Part shown: one piece after another, positions 38,337 through 51,700 of the stretch | Numbering within the stretch: position 1 is the first letter of the stretch | How the letters are laid out: each line of letters opens with the position of its first letter | From: Ascidiella aspersa | Lineage: Eukaryota | Reading direction: 5' to 3' | Length of the DNA: 64,000 nucleotides | Assembly: GCA_963924565.1 (NCBI GenBank) | Contig: OZ004610.1 | Span: forward strand, 25,792,001-25,856,000 | The notes under the pieces: model-generated | The model's input: the letters and a program-made list of their open reading frames with translations, nothing else | What the model was told of the DNA's origin: nothing | Database searches by the model: none | Translations under genes and position numbers: made by a program

Positions 38337-40588
38337 ATTAGTTGCACTGAATGATTTGTCATCGACTCACAATAGTGCATTCCAAACACGTGTAAATCAA
38401 AAATAGGCAATTTTAGTTATTTTCAAGAGCCGATAAATTTGGATTGCCTCAAGCCGGGTTAAAACTTTGATGTCTCAGTCATTCAGTCAAGCAATAAATA
38501 GCTGCCGATCTCCTGACCTTTGCTTACACGACTTACGCCACACATTTATAAACAAGCGCATAAATGATAAACATAATGCAAAATTCGGGTAATCTACTTG
38601 AATAATATTAATCGAACGTAAAAATTTTTCGACTGTTGTGGACACTTCAGTCCTCGGCTAGGCAATTACCTTTATTGTCCAATCAATAAGCGCGAGTAGA
38701 ATGAAGAATCCGCCTCAAACCGTGTACTATCATCTATACCAGTAGAGCAGCAGCCATAAACTGTTCGGTTTAAAATTCAAACAAGGAGGATTTTAACCCG
38801 GCTTGAAGCCATAGAAGGTAGTCAAGTCGGGTAACGTGAATTTAACAGCGCGCCTGGCCGTGTTAATGATGCCGCTTCTTTTATGTTTAAATGCAGGAGA
38901 ACTAACCCTGCTTTTTTGTTTGCAAACGTGTTTGGTCATAATTTTTAGCCGGTACATTAGTCTTACAAGGACCCGAACCACAAATTGTGGAACTGTTTGC
39001 CGAGGGTTCATAAGAGTGCCGTTAAATTTTTCGTAGGAAAATAACCTATTCGGGTTAAAAGCACACAGGTAAGCATAAATGGCAAATGCACATTATTTGC
39101 TAGGTAATTGGCAGTATTATGTTATAATTTAGCTAAAAAAGTTTGAAACAACTGACCTGGGCCATAACCTGAAATACATTTTCTCATACAAACAGCACTT
39201 CATTTTATAATACTCTCCCAAACAATTACTAAACTAACAGCACTTAACTGCAATAAAACTGTTTCTATTCATTAAACAGGTGTTGGTATCTGCATGCTAT
39301 TAAGTAGAATGTTAGATGTTAGTAATATCACCCACACATGCAAACAAAAGTTGTGCCCTAACCCGTCGGACGACGTTTGTCCGCACCAGGTTGAATTTGT
39401 CAAATATGAGAGGATTTCCTGAAACATCGGGTTGTGAATTTAGCGTCATCTACCGGTAATCGGTATCACACCTTTTGGTTCAGCTACCATTGGAAGACTA
39501 TATTTGAGCTTTTTTAAGGTAGTAGGCTACACCTATATGTTAATAGTGTTACTGCCATCCTACTAGACTTTAATGTTTTGCAAAAATGGCTTGATATGGA
39601 CATATATATATTCGATCAATAAATTGTATTGTCATAAACATCAATGGTCAACCAAAAAATATATGGAGCTTAGTTTCAGGGCTACGAAGCCGGTTAAAAA
39701 TACCACAGTCCGACTCCGGACATATGTGCGATTTAGTGGACTAATTAGTTCGGTTTCGGTCCTACAAGCCCGTGTTTAACTCATTTATTTAGCTAAATTA
39801 AGGTGGATTTTCAGCAATCCGCCCAAAGGGGACAGGGATGTCATTCAATATTCATACACTCGCAATATGTGGTTAATTTTTTTTCCTCAAAATACTGTTC
39901 TACTTTTACAATTTAAATTTGCTCCCTTATCAGTTTCGAGAAACTTGTTTTTTTTTACTTGCGTCCCGAATCCGACTCCAGCGAAATAAAAGCCCCGAGC
40001 CCGAATCCCGAGTATACGGCTTCGACTAAGCAGCCATGCTTAGTGTGTTAGGCAAAAATTTGCTCCAAATCGAAAGGATTTACGATATAAATTGTTTAAC
40101 ACTTATTTTAAAGGACCTAAAGGTCATCAGTGGGAGCTAATTTTGTTAATCGTAAACTGCTTTAAAACTTGTCCAATATGGCTCTTCTGATAGTTGGCAG
40201 GTTACAAAATCTTAGTCGAGTTACAATTTATAAAAAAACGGGCAGAAATGTCAATCTAATTGCCCAACGCGAGATAATCGGCGATTGGTAGTTGTCCAAA
40301 AACGGCCGATTCGAAATGCAACACAAAGCAGAATCATTACAAACGGAAAAACCAAGGCAGCGTAGCAGGTCAATTGAAAGCAGGCGGAGAGTGTGCGAGG
40401 TCGGATGAATGACTTTAAAGTTGTGTCGAACACGCTATGGAAGAGCCTCTCTGTCCAAATTATTACCACCCTGAAACAACAAATAGGGGTGTACGGCAAG
40501 TAAAAGCTTTAAAAAATTATAGGCATTGTTAAATAAAAAAAAATTGTACGCCGAAGTTAGGAGTTCCAATGGCTAACTTCATTTAGAT

Positions 40589-40984
40589 CAGCCTTTCTTA
40601 ACCTGGGATAAATTTACCCCAGGGGGTAAATTTTCTCGTTTTAGGGGGTAATTTCAAGGAAATGTATTCAAGGTCAAACAATTTTGGTTCCGTTTTCTTT
40701 AACTAACATTTGTGAATTGGCTTCTCTGTATTGCTTACTTTCAAATCTAAAACCGACTTAACATGTTGAATCTGATATTCGTTGTGTTTAATCTACTACT
40801 TTACCAGACATTGAACAACTCGTTGCCATAATCAAAAGGGCGGCCGTCGCACTGAATACAACTTATATAATTTGTTACTTTCATTCTTTTAATAAATGAG
40901 GACCACTTTATATATTGGGGGTAAATTTGATATACATTTTTGTTAGGAGGGTGGAACATACATAAAAAAGGTTAAGAACCCCTG
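40589..40984. mobile_element. hAT MITE
   Basis: CAGCCTTTCTTAACCT / AGGTTAAGAACCCCTG; perfect TSD ATTTAGAT. Confidence 0.9.
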
Positions 40985-42464
40985 ATTTAGATTGTTTTTA
41001 CACGCGATTGGTCTAAAATTTGAGATCATTGCAAAAGCAATGCGAAGACATGCCTCATATGAACTAAATTTATTTCTGCTGTTTTTTTTCAATTTGTTTT
41101 GTTTACGTTAGGCTTGTACAAAAATTTCATTGAAGAAAATTGGTTAGCCAAAGCTTCGCTGTTACATACTTGCGCTTGGTATTGGCTCGTATCGAAAAAT
41201 GATTGTATAACCTATAAATCAGGGGTTCCTAACGATTTTAAGGTCTCGTATGACTTGGACGCTCTGTACTGCCACGCGTACCACGTAACTCTTATTAAAC
41301 ATTTTATTCCGATCAATTTTTAGCCCAAAACTAGCATTATTTAACGCTATTTGTAGCTTAAGCTATAAAACAGTAGATGATATTTATCAAGAGCAAATAA
41401 TTTGATATAATTAACGCTCACTGTCCCACAGCGTTGAACGGCTGTTCAAAGCAACTGTGCACATTGATTACAATTAACTTAAACTGTATTTTGATGTTCT
41501 TAATGATACGAAACAAGAATAGACTTCGGGAATTTATTTCTGTAAACAAAACAGATAAACAAAATATAAAGTTGTGAATCCAGATTTTTGTAAAAAAAAC
41601 GGAAGCTACTCGTGTACCACCTAAATAACCTTCGTGCCACAGGTTTGGAACCTCTGCTATAAACGATAAAGTCATGTTTTTGGTACAATATAATTGAATA
41701 GTTCAGAACGTCATTAAAATGACTGATGCTGCAAAACATTCTTTTAGCTGCGAGGTGTCAAAAATATGTCAAATTAGTATCATGTGCAGTAATTTAAACA
41801 TTTCGTTCCGTTTTAAAAAACACATATGACCTTTTTCAAGTAAAAATATAGATTACAAAACTTAAAGAGTAAACTCTAAACTAAAATAATGGATCCGGAT
41901 TTACTTTTTATTGTATCGCTATTTTCATATCAACGTTAGCCTGCACAATTCAGAGAAATAATTAATTGAACATGTTTTCTTTATAATGGAAATATGATCT
42001 AACAATTCGCTATGTTGTTTAAAGTTTAACCAGAGAAACAATAGGGGCCGTCATGTAAGTTTACGAACGAGAACAACGTTTTCAAACTTAAAAAATGCTA
42101 GTATTTTTCTGAAACGATTAATAAAAATCTATGACTCACGCCGATTGCAACCCTGCACTGCCACTGACTGCGTTCAGAAACTTGCTGAAACTGTAATTAT
42201 AACGCTGCATCAAACAGAGTTTGGTTACTAAATAATAAGGTCGGTGTTTAGTGGACGCGGCCTCACTGCGCTGCAATGCTAGTCTATTTACGTTTACATT
42301 TCGCCGTTCATGAGTATCTCGTGTAGGCCTATCTATAAAACGCAATACGCCGATGTTTTAGGTAAGAAATTTCTCAAATTTTACAACGACTAAGCTAATT
42401 GTAGGTGTTTGTTTTAGGCGTTAGTGCTGCTTTTAAAAAGCCTATTATTGTAGTAGCCTATAAC

Positions 42465-42906
42465 CTGTAGTTGGATTCAAATTTTTTGTCAGCCGGTTCT
42501 ATTACAGAAGTCATATATTTCAGCCTCTTCTGTTACAAAAAGTCATATTTTCAGAAAAATAATTAAAGTAGTTGCAAAACAGGATGCAACCCCAGGTTCC
42601 CGCGAATGTTACGAACTGCGAACCGGCTGAATCCCATCACTGCCAACAGCCACACTAAAAAGCAGCAGTCGCCTCGTGACTTTTTTTCAGACAAAACAAA
42701 AGGAAAACTACTACAATTATAAAAATTACCACAATGTACGACTGTTACGTTTGGCCTTGACCATTGCACATTTAAAAAAATAAACACCTGAGCTACTTGA
42801 AAAATCCATTGACAGTAACCAGTAATGCTAACCGGTTCGCTGATTTCATACAATTCCGCGAGACGGTTCTTTAGAACCGGTGCGAACCGGCTGAATCCCA
42901 CCACTG
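42465..42906. mobile_element. Degenerate hAT-like MITE with duplicated right end
   Basis: GCGAACCGGCTGAATCCCA(T/C)CACTG occurs twice (about 42618-42642 and 42882-42906); a complementary GGATTCA...GCCGGTTC lies near 42473-42500. Confidence 0.65.
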
Positions 42907-43465
42907 TAGATATCTACGACTACCTACCACCAACCATCAACATAATCGCCTTTAACAATATTATTGCCACGATAAATTATCTCAGAAGAGTTTAAATGTT
43001 TTTTTTGTGGGATCCTAAAATCGTTGACTCACGCCAGTTGCAATCTCTCATTTCTGCACAGAGGAAGGCTTCTTATGCGTTCCAAGAAGGCATATGATTC
43101 CAGCAGTAAAACAACGAACAAAAGCTGCAGCATAACTTCCCGCAATCCGTCAAATGGAAGAATCCCGACGTCCGTTGCATTTCAGTTTTTACCAGACGTC
43201 AATCACGTGTGCAAGACATGCAGCCCTAGTTAGAACGGCACGTTTCTAATTTTGTGTGTTTTTCGCTTATTTTCGATTGTTGGCATTATTTTCGCGCTGC
43301 ATCCGGCCTTTGTTGTGACTCGTTTTCTTTGTCGGGGCGCGTTTTGAAGCGACTAGAATTGTTGTGTTTTTGTGCAGAATTAACTTTTTGTAATTTTGCA
43401 AGCACTTTTTCCTGAATGCAATAGTCCTTAAAACTGCTAAAAGCGACGAAAATGGAATGTTTTTC

Positions 43466-43906
43466 CAGTGCTGTAAACACGTCAATTAGACATGACTGAG
43501 TCCATGTCAGGTCATTTGTAAATAACTTAAGCCCAAGCCAAGTATTTTTGAATAAGCAAAAAGTCAAGCCCAAATTCAAGCCACCAGTTTCTCAAGTCAA
43601 TTCCCAGTCAAGTTATAATTAGAGCGAGTCAACTTCAATTTCTTGCGATAAGATTAAAATGTTAAACTACTCAAATTGAAAAACTCGTCCGTCCGATAAC
43701 AAGTCAAGTCCCAACACATAGCAAGCAAATTGCTTCATGTGCAAAAATTGAGATAAATAACCGAATTTTGTAAAAAATGCGCTTTATTTTAACCCAAGTC
43801 ATTTTTTTTCCAAAAGACTCAAGTCAAGTCGTTTACACAAAAGAATTAAAGTCAAGTTATTTGGAAACAGTTGTTTGTTATTGACTAAAGTCACTATACA
43901 ACACTG
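43466..43906. mobile_element. AAGTCA-rich MITE
   Basis: CAGTGCTGTA / TACAACACTG ends with dense AAGTC subrepeats. Confidence 0.75.
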
Positions 43907-44876
43907 ACCAATGACTTACAAAAATGATTTAGAGAAAGTAAAATCTGTTAAAAATGGGTATAGTCTATATTGGTCAAATTAGTGGTATTCTGATAGTAAA
44001 GCAATACTCATTGTAAATACATAAGACACCTATCAAAATAATTTCTTAGTTTACCTAATTTGTATTTGGCATAGTAATATGCCCAATAAATTTGGAGATT
44101 GTAGTGACTTAATTGAATTAATTATGAATATTACTTACTCTCTCTCTCTCTCTCGCTGTGATTCGTAAATTCTATATTAGGCAACATTTGCTGTTTCCCG
44201 TAGTTTAAAAATTTCGTTTTCTTTTAGTTTGGACTTGACAATGACCACTCTCAAGTAAGTGACATTATGATTGGAGCCTAGCTTGAAAAACGTTTTGTAA
44301 TCGTAAACTTCAAAACGTTTTCGAACCTGATTGAAAATTCACACAATGTTTTTTAACCCAAAAACTGGGTCGCCGACTATTTGTTTAATTTGTTAAAATT
44401 GATCTGATGTCTACGATACCTCAAAAATTAGTGAAAATTGCGGAAGCAAAAGGAACACATTGCTCATTTCAGTTAAATTCGAATTAATAGTTGTTATTTT
44501 GTCTTATGTTTCGTTCGCTTACAAATGTTCAGTAAATAGAAGTGGGTCGCAAACGTTTCGCAGTAAAAAAGGTTTAGAAGCACTTCCTATAGTTGTGACA
44601 TGTCGGAAATAATGGGCTCTACTCACAACCATTTTCGTTCTCGACAGTCCACTTTTCACTGTAATAGAGCTTTATTTTCTTGGTATCGCTTCGCTAAGCG
44701 GCTAATGGTTGTTCATCATCCGCTTTGCTAATTCGTCTACTTAACTTACCATTTCACAACGAAAAGATCTTATGTAGGCCTATCTTCACACATAGCATTA
44801 GCCGCCGATACTTTGGGTGAGAAATTACTTATATTTTAAATACGACCAAGCTATTTGTAGGTGTCTGTTTAAAACT

Positions 44877-44984
44877 TTAAAGCGTTTACTATAGTATTTC
44901 TTAATCCATTTTAAAGCGTTTTGTTACTATAGTACTTCTTAATCCATTTTAAAGCGTTTACTATAGTATTTCAAAATCCATTTA
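44877..44984. repeat. Three copies of a 34-39 bp unit
   Basis: TTTAAAGCGTTTACTATAGTATTTCTTAATCCAT x3 with variants. Confidence 0.85.
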
Positions 44985-45199
44985 TTGAAGGATATACCCC
45001 TCATTGAAGGATGTAGCACAACAACCAACCAAATGATTGCCTTAAAATCAATATAATAAATTCATCTATCACAGATGGGTTTAAGTTCCGTTGAGTGCGT
45101 GACCATCAATTAGGTGGCTCTATACGTTGTGGCATTTGTCTACATATTATCTTATTCGTTCGACATGCCTCATAGTCATAGCTTTGACATGCATTGCAT

Positions 45200-45316
45200 C
45201 ACGTCGCATCCCCGTGACTTGTACTGGCACGTGACATTACGTCATCGATCGCTCGGTTCTCTGGTCAAAGTCCAATTTAAGGCAAACAAATTCTGAGTTT
45301 GCTTGGACTTTGGCCA
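45200..45316 (+). promoter_or_regulatory. Perilipin proximal regulatory module
   Basis: CACGTGAC E-box (45228-45235), TTACGTCA (45237-45244) and two inverted DR1/HNF4-type TGG(T/C)CAAAGTCCA sites (45262-45274 on +, 45304-45316 on -). Confidence 0.55.
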
Positions 45317-45738
45317 GCGAAGAAATTGTTTCTGACGCAATGTTCTGCGTGCTAAAGAGCATGGAACCTTTCGTTTTGTAATGTCTTCAAGGCCACGTTA
45401 GCAAACACTAAGTAAAAGTGCTGTTCTGCTGAATGTGAGGCACTTTTCTACTTTGTACTTTGTACTTGCTATTGCGGCTTTTTTGGAAATGTTTCCAAAT
45501 GTATGCCTATAAAATAGGCGTGCGCTTTGCTTTTTTGTGCCTACGGAAATATAATCTGTTATCGTCAGTTGTTTATCGTAGGTATTCAAGAACAGATTTT
45601 AAAACTGACTACAGGTCTATATCGCCCGTTTTAAAACTCCGGTGCCTATGTTTGTGATATAATTATGAATTTTTAATTTGTAGAACCAGTATTTTGTTGC
45701 TTGTAACGTAACGCTGTTTACTATACTAACTATCTGCT

Positions 45739-48700
45739 ATGGACGATTTAAAGGCTAGAATGGAAGGATTTGATGATGACCAATGCTGGCCAGAGGTAAG
45801 TTGAAAGCATAACCCAAATAGTATTTACACACTTTGTAATAGTATTTTACATACCTATATACATACCCTGTAATGGTGTTTTACATCCTTTAATAGTATT
45901 TACATACCAACTCATACTGTACGCACCCTAACCAAAATAATGATAGCAATGCAGCCCCAGAATGAAAGTGTGGTAGGGTCCTACCAGCGTCGATACTTTC
46001 TGTTTACAATTTACAAGAGTACATATCAGTAATTTGAGCAATGCAAATTAAGTTACTTATTTTATGTTTGTAGCGTGGCATGTCAAGTTCAAATTTGAGA
46101 TATTTGATGCTATTCGCTATTTATTGCTTTTGTGATTTTGCAGAATGAAAATGCGCTGTATCGAGTGGCAAATCTTCCCATCGTGAACTCTACCTGGAAC
46201 TTCATGCACTCATACTACAGCAATGTTAAACAGACCTATCCCAAAGTCACCCCGTATTTAGAGGTATGTAATTATTTATAAGTGAGAGTTACCATGATTT
46301 TTTACCCAGGAGGTACCAGGTTTTACTGAGAAGTCAGATTTGTTAAATGTATTTACAAAATATATTGCATAACTCTTATAAAAAGCCAATATTTTTGTTT
46401 TCTTTGCCGCAAACTCGCAGCACATTTATTAAAAGGAAAAAATTGTATATACTTGGTAAATGCTATGTATAATAGTTACTACCAAAAACTTTGTTTATTT
46501 AATTATTAACTGCCGGAACTCTTTTCTGTGAGTAAAATTATAAAATAATATGGATTTAAGGTAGTTATAGAATAACACATCTTAATTTTTTTTTGATGAA
46601 ATTTCAATTAATGTGCCTCATTCCCAAAAACCTTACAACAATTGCAAAACATGATTTTTCTGTATATCTTTGTATTAGGTTGCTGAGAACATTACATCGA
46701 CGGCTGCCAGTATTGCTTTGACCACCTCAAAGCCAGTTGTGGACAAATACGGGCCAACCTTTAATGTCTACGCCAATAAGGGCTTGGATAAAATTGAGGA
46801 TAAGGTTCCGATCATCCTTAAACACCCACAAGAGGTATGTCATTTTTTCAGTTTTATTTTGCTAGAAAACCCTTTTAATAATACAGACAATTGTGACCAA
46901 TTTGATAACTCTCTTAATAAACTTAATTTTTTTTAAATATTAAAGCTTATCTACGGATTTATCAGTTTCTTTACTCAAGGTTGCCTGTGTTTTAAAATAA
47001 ATCTTTCAAGTTTTTATCACCTATTAATGTGATAAACATACATACTTTTTTTGAATTTGACATTACTTTGGAAAACATATTATTTATAACCGTATCATTA
47101 AAGTGCACTGGTTGATAGGCAAACGTTTTTCCAAAATATACCTCTGTTGGCTGTGAATGAATTATTTATTGAAAGCTGTAATTACCTTCATGTCTCTAGT
47201 CAGCTACCAACTGGATTTTGTCAATACTTTTTGTTCTGGCGTTATTTCTGAATTAAAACTATTCAGGAGTTAAGAAAACTTAAAAAATAGGTTCTACAAA
47301 AAGAGTAAAAAAAATTACCCCCTATAATTTACCCCTAACAATTTACCCCTAGATTTTTTAAATTTGTTTCTCCAACTCTGTTGTGATGTATGAGTATTCT
47401 CAAGAGTATTTTTTAATTAATAGTAGCCCTATGAAAATTTGCCTCACAGAAAAAATAATTGTCTGCATCAATCTTTGTGTCGATTACTAATTTTTCGTGT
47501 ACTTGCAGATTTACGACCAGACCAAGGACACAGCCAGTGGTCTGTTATTGGCACCAGTTGACAACGCACTCGCCACTACTGAAAAGTACGTAGACTACTA
47601 CTTGCCCAGCGATGACAGCGATATGTGTGAAGAAAGTGATGAAGGTTTGTTGATGTTTATTATGTTTTTTTAGGAATTTATTTTACTCCTAAAAATATTT
47701 GGTTTTATAAATATCAGACATATGTGGTTCATGAGTTTTAACTGCATAATTTTGCTTGTCACCTGGAAATTATTGTAAATTGTTTCTAGATGTATTTTGA
47801 ATAGCATTAACTTTTTTAGATGATGAAGAAGAATCTTGTGAACCAGTGGCAAAAGCAACCAGCGATAGAATTCGTGACATTTCAGCCAAGGTGAGTTAGG
47901 AAGTGGCTTTCACTAGCTGGTACAACATAAACTTATTTTATTACCTTGGCTTTTAGTTATTAAACATAAAAATTAACCATAAAAATTATTGGTTGTCTAT
48001 ATGGTGGATTACTTTAATCTAAAAAGCACCTCTGGAGAATAATGGTTGGAGGTTGTAGTAAGACATAGTAAGAATATTAAAGCCCATTCAGAAATAGGTA
48101 GGATCATTTTAAATGTTTCAAAAATCCCGAATCAGGTGTTAAAATCAAATAGGAGATACTTGAAGCACCTCATTTCAGCCTGTTTGGTTAAACTATTTAA
48201 ATTTAACTTGATTTATTTGCTCTTAGGTGCGCAAGCGTTCCTATGAACAGGCCATGAAACGCTGGCAAGGAATCCACGTTCGCAGTCAAGAAGCTCTAAG
48301 CAGACTCAACTTCACTGTAGACCTGGTAACAAATTTGCCTTTTAAAAACTACATTTTTTGTTACCGATGGTTTACTGTATATATAATATAATTTTTTCTA
48401 CAAGGCTAATTCCTAATGTCAGACTATAAACAATATTGCCTAAAATTTCTATGTGAACATTTTTGTCTGATAATTAGAATGATATATATGAAAGTTTAAT
48501 ATCGATAACACTTAATGCAAAATTGCTAAGATCGATTGTTACTATGTAAAATTAAAAATACATAAATTTTGTTTTATGTAAATAGTTTGTTCAGAAAAGA
48601 ACGATTATCATTGTCATTGTATGGCAGTGTTTTTTTAAGAGCCTCGGCAAAGTCGATTTAATTTTTTATTCTTTAAAATTAAACAGTGTTTTTTAAAAAA

Positions 48701-51700
48701 AAATGAACAATTCCAATTTTTTTTTTACGAAAGTAAATTTAGCAGTGTCAAATAGCCCCATTGATCGATCCGATTTTTTTTCTGGTATTAGATCCAATAC
48801 GCCCAGACTGGCCTGGCCACCACATCAGCAGGACTTCAGCACTCGGCCAGCTTGGCAAACGAAACCATCTCTGGCAGCCTTCAAAGTGCCCGCTCCAACT
48901 TGAACTCAGCCGCTGGCGCCATTAATCATGTAGGTTCCATTTTTGGGCTCAAGTGTTTGAGCAGCAGTTTTTCTGTATGTACACTGTCTTCAAAGGCTGT
49001 TTTATGATAAAGAGAAACACGTTGTTTGCCAACGATTTCACACAACTATTGACATTACGAACTTATAAAAATGATAAAACTAAGAGGCCAGCAGGTTATT
49101 TTATTAATTGATGCATGATGCTTGGGTCACCAACAATCAATATTAAGGAGCAAAATTAAAAACAAAAAAATATGTAAAAACATTTCCCCCTGGATCAACC
49201 CCCTTTTTAGCATAGTAGTTCTCAAACTTTGTCAGACTGTGACACATTAAAAAATTAAATTTGCTGCAAACTTTTTACAAAACTGTGCAATTATGTTCTT
49301 TACAATTGCCCTAATTACACGGCAAGGTGGTAAATGCCATAAGGATTTCAGTTATTTTGTGGATAGATCAAAGTCTCTCATGCTTGGCTGTATTCCAATT
49401 TGTAATACAAAAACATGTTTTGCAAAATTAAAAGAAGTTCTATGAAACTCTGGGCACGAGTTTGAGAATCACTGGTTTATGTTTACTGTGATTAATTAAA
49501 TTTTATTATTTTACTAGAGTTAGTAGGAAACACCCTGTCTACAGATTATTAAATATTACTAAATGATACAATTTGTCTATTATATACCAATAAACGAATG
49601 TACTTATCCACAGCAACTTGAAGACAAGGTCCTTGTGCACGCCCAGAAGATTACAAAACAACTGAACGAGTCTTGCTTGCTGGCATTCCAATACATTCGG
49701 GCTTCTCCGCAAATGCAGCACCTCTTACGAAAGGTACAAATACTTGCAATTCCTGTATCTGGGGTATAAAATCAGTCTTGTATTTTGAAATGACTCAAGT
49801 CCGAGCCAGTTCATTGGTAAAATAACTAAAGTCCCAGTCAAGTCATTTGTAAAATAACTTACGTCAAGTCCAAGTCAAGTCTTTTTGAATAAACAACAAA
49901 TTAAGTACCAGTCAAGTCATAATTAGAGCAAGTCAATTTCTAATCAAGTCATTACAACACTGTAAAAAACAGTCCAAAACAATGATTTTAGTTTTAACTC
50001 AGATAATTTATTTTGTACTCAAACTACGATACCAGAGTGAGTCTTTAAAAGTCTTTTAAATTTTAAATTTCTTCGAATTGATTTCCCTATTAAAAATGTA
50101 TTTTAATATGTGTTTAGGAAGTGCTGTTTTAAAGTCAACTTTTGAGATATATGTAATATGTTGACCATGTAATTTTAAAAGTTTATATTAAAAAACATGG
50201 AAAACACAAGTCGGATTTTAGGCCTTTAAAAAGCTAGAAATTGTCTATAAAAAGTCTTTGAACTTTTTTCATAATTTTCGTTTTTGTTTTGTTTGGCAAT
50301 CCTGGTTACTGAACTGTTTAAGAAACTTTTTTTTTATAAACAGGTAAAATCTAAAAGTTAAAAAAACAAATCCAAGAGTTATTTACAGCATATAACATCA
50401 GAAGTTTGTTGATAAGTTCAGTTGCATCCCGGCTTTCGACACTAACAAATTAATAAAATAGGAACGTTAACTAAATGTTTATTCCTTTGAACATACGCCT
50501 AACCCGATGCCTTGTCGGGTGCTGGTAGTCTCATATAGTCTTACTCAAGTGCCAGATCCAACTCCAGCAAAATATACCGACTCCGGCACTGAAATATTTT
50601 AAAAGTTTAAATGGTTGTTTTCCTCAGTCCTCGTGATTTTTTCCATAGGCCGTTATCACCAAAGAGACCACAGAAGAGCTTTACTCGACTTTTGCCAGCA
50701 AGACATCCATCTCCGATATCTCGGCTTCTCTGATCGCGTCCACCCGAATCAAGATCAAATCTGTCGAGGACAGTCTTCTTAACATTCTGGACAGCCTCGC
50801 CGAACAACCACCAGTTTCTTGGCTTGTAAGTACAAAGCACACTGCATGCTTGTTTGCCTTATTTCCCTAACCAAGCTTGAAACCTAATTAGCTCATTCCG
50901 CAAAAGGATCAATTCAGTACTGTTATGACTGCTGCCAGGTTTTTAATTTAAAGCGTAGCAAATCTGAATGATAGTTCTCGATTCACTCAAAACAGCTTTT
51001 TATGCTTAAACGACAAATTTTAATTATTTTTGACTTTAATAATAACATGTAAAACGCTCTTTGTGATGTCGGGTAAACTTAAAAGTGGTTTGTGATTGAT
51101 TGGTATAATTTGCCTGATGACAGTTTTACTAAAACCCCAGAAGGATTGGTTGCTGTGATAAATATGATATTAACACAAAATGCGTGTTTAATGGTAAATG
51201 TGAGAGCGACAAACTAAAGTACCTTTTTAGTAAAATTCAGAAGGATTAAATACACAGATGAATCGACGTTCTGCCTTTTTCGGGGGAGGGGCCTAGTTAA
51301 CCACCAAACCCAATTTGGTCACGTATAATTCTTATACTAAACTTTGGCTAAAATTGAACTTTTTGGTGTCATGTACCTAACCTTTTACTGCTTGTCCACT
51401 AAATGCATTACGTACGTGTGTGGGAACTGGTCTTTTTGGCGAAGCTGTTTAAAATAAATAAATTATAAATTTCAAACGACTTCTGGTGGAATGAAATTTT
51501 GTGCTTTCAAGTTTGGTGATTGGGGTTTGCTTTTTTAACCTCGTAGAGCCCGGATTGCAATGTGGACCCATTAGGTGGTATTTTGATGGAAGAAATTGAA
51601 GCCCAGTTGTATGGACGCCCGGGTGACCATGACGATGGTACGTCAAATGCATGCCACTAATTCCTTTTAACTGCTTGCTAGTCAGGGCTGTTTTAGGTCG

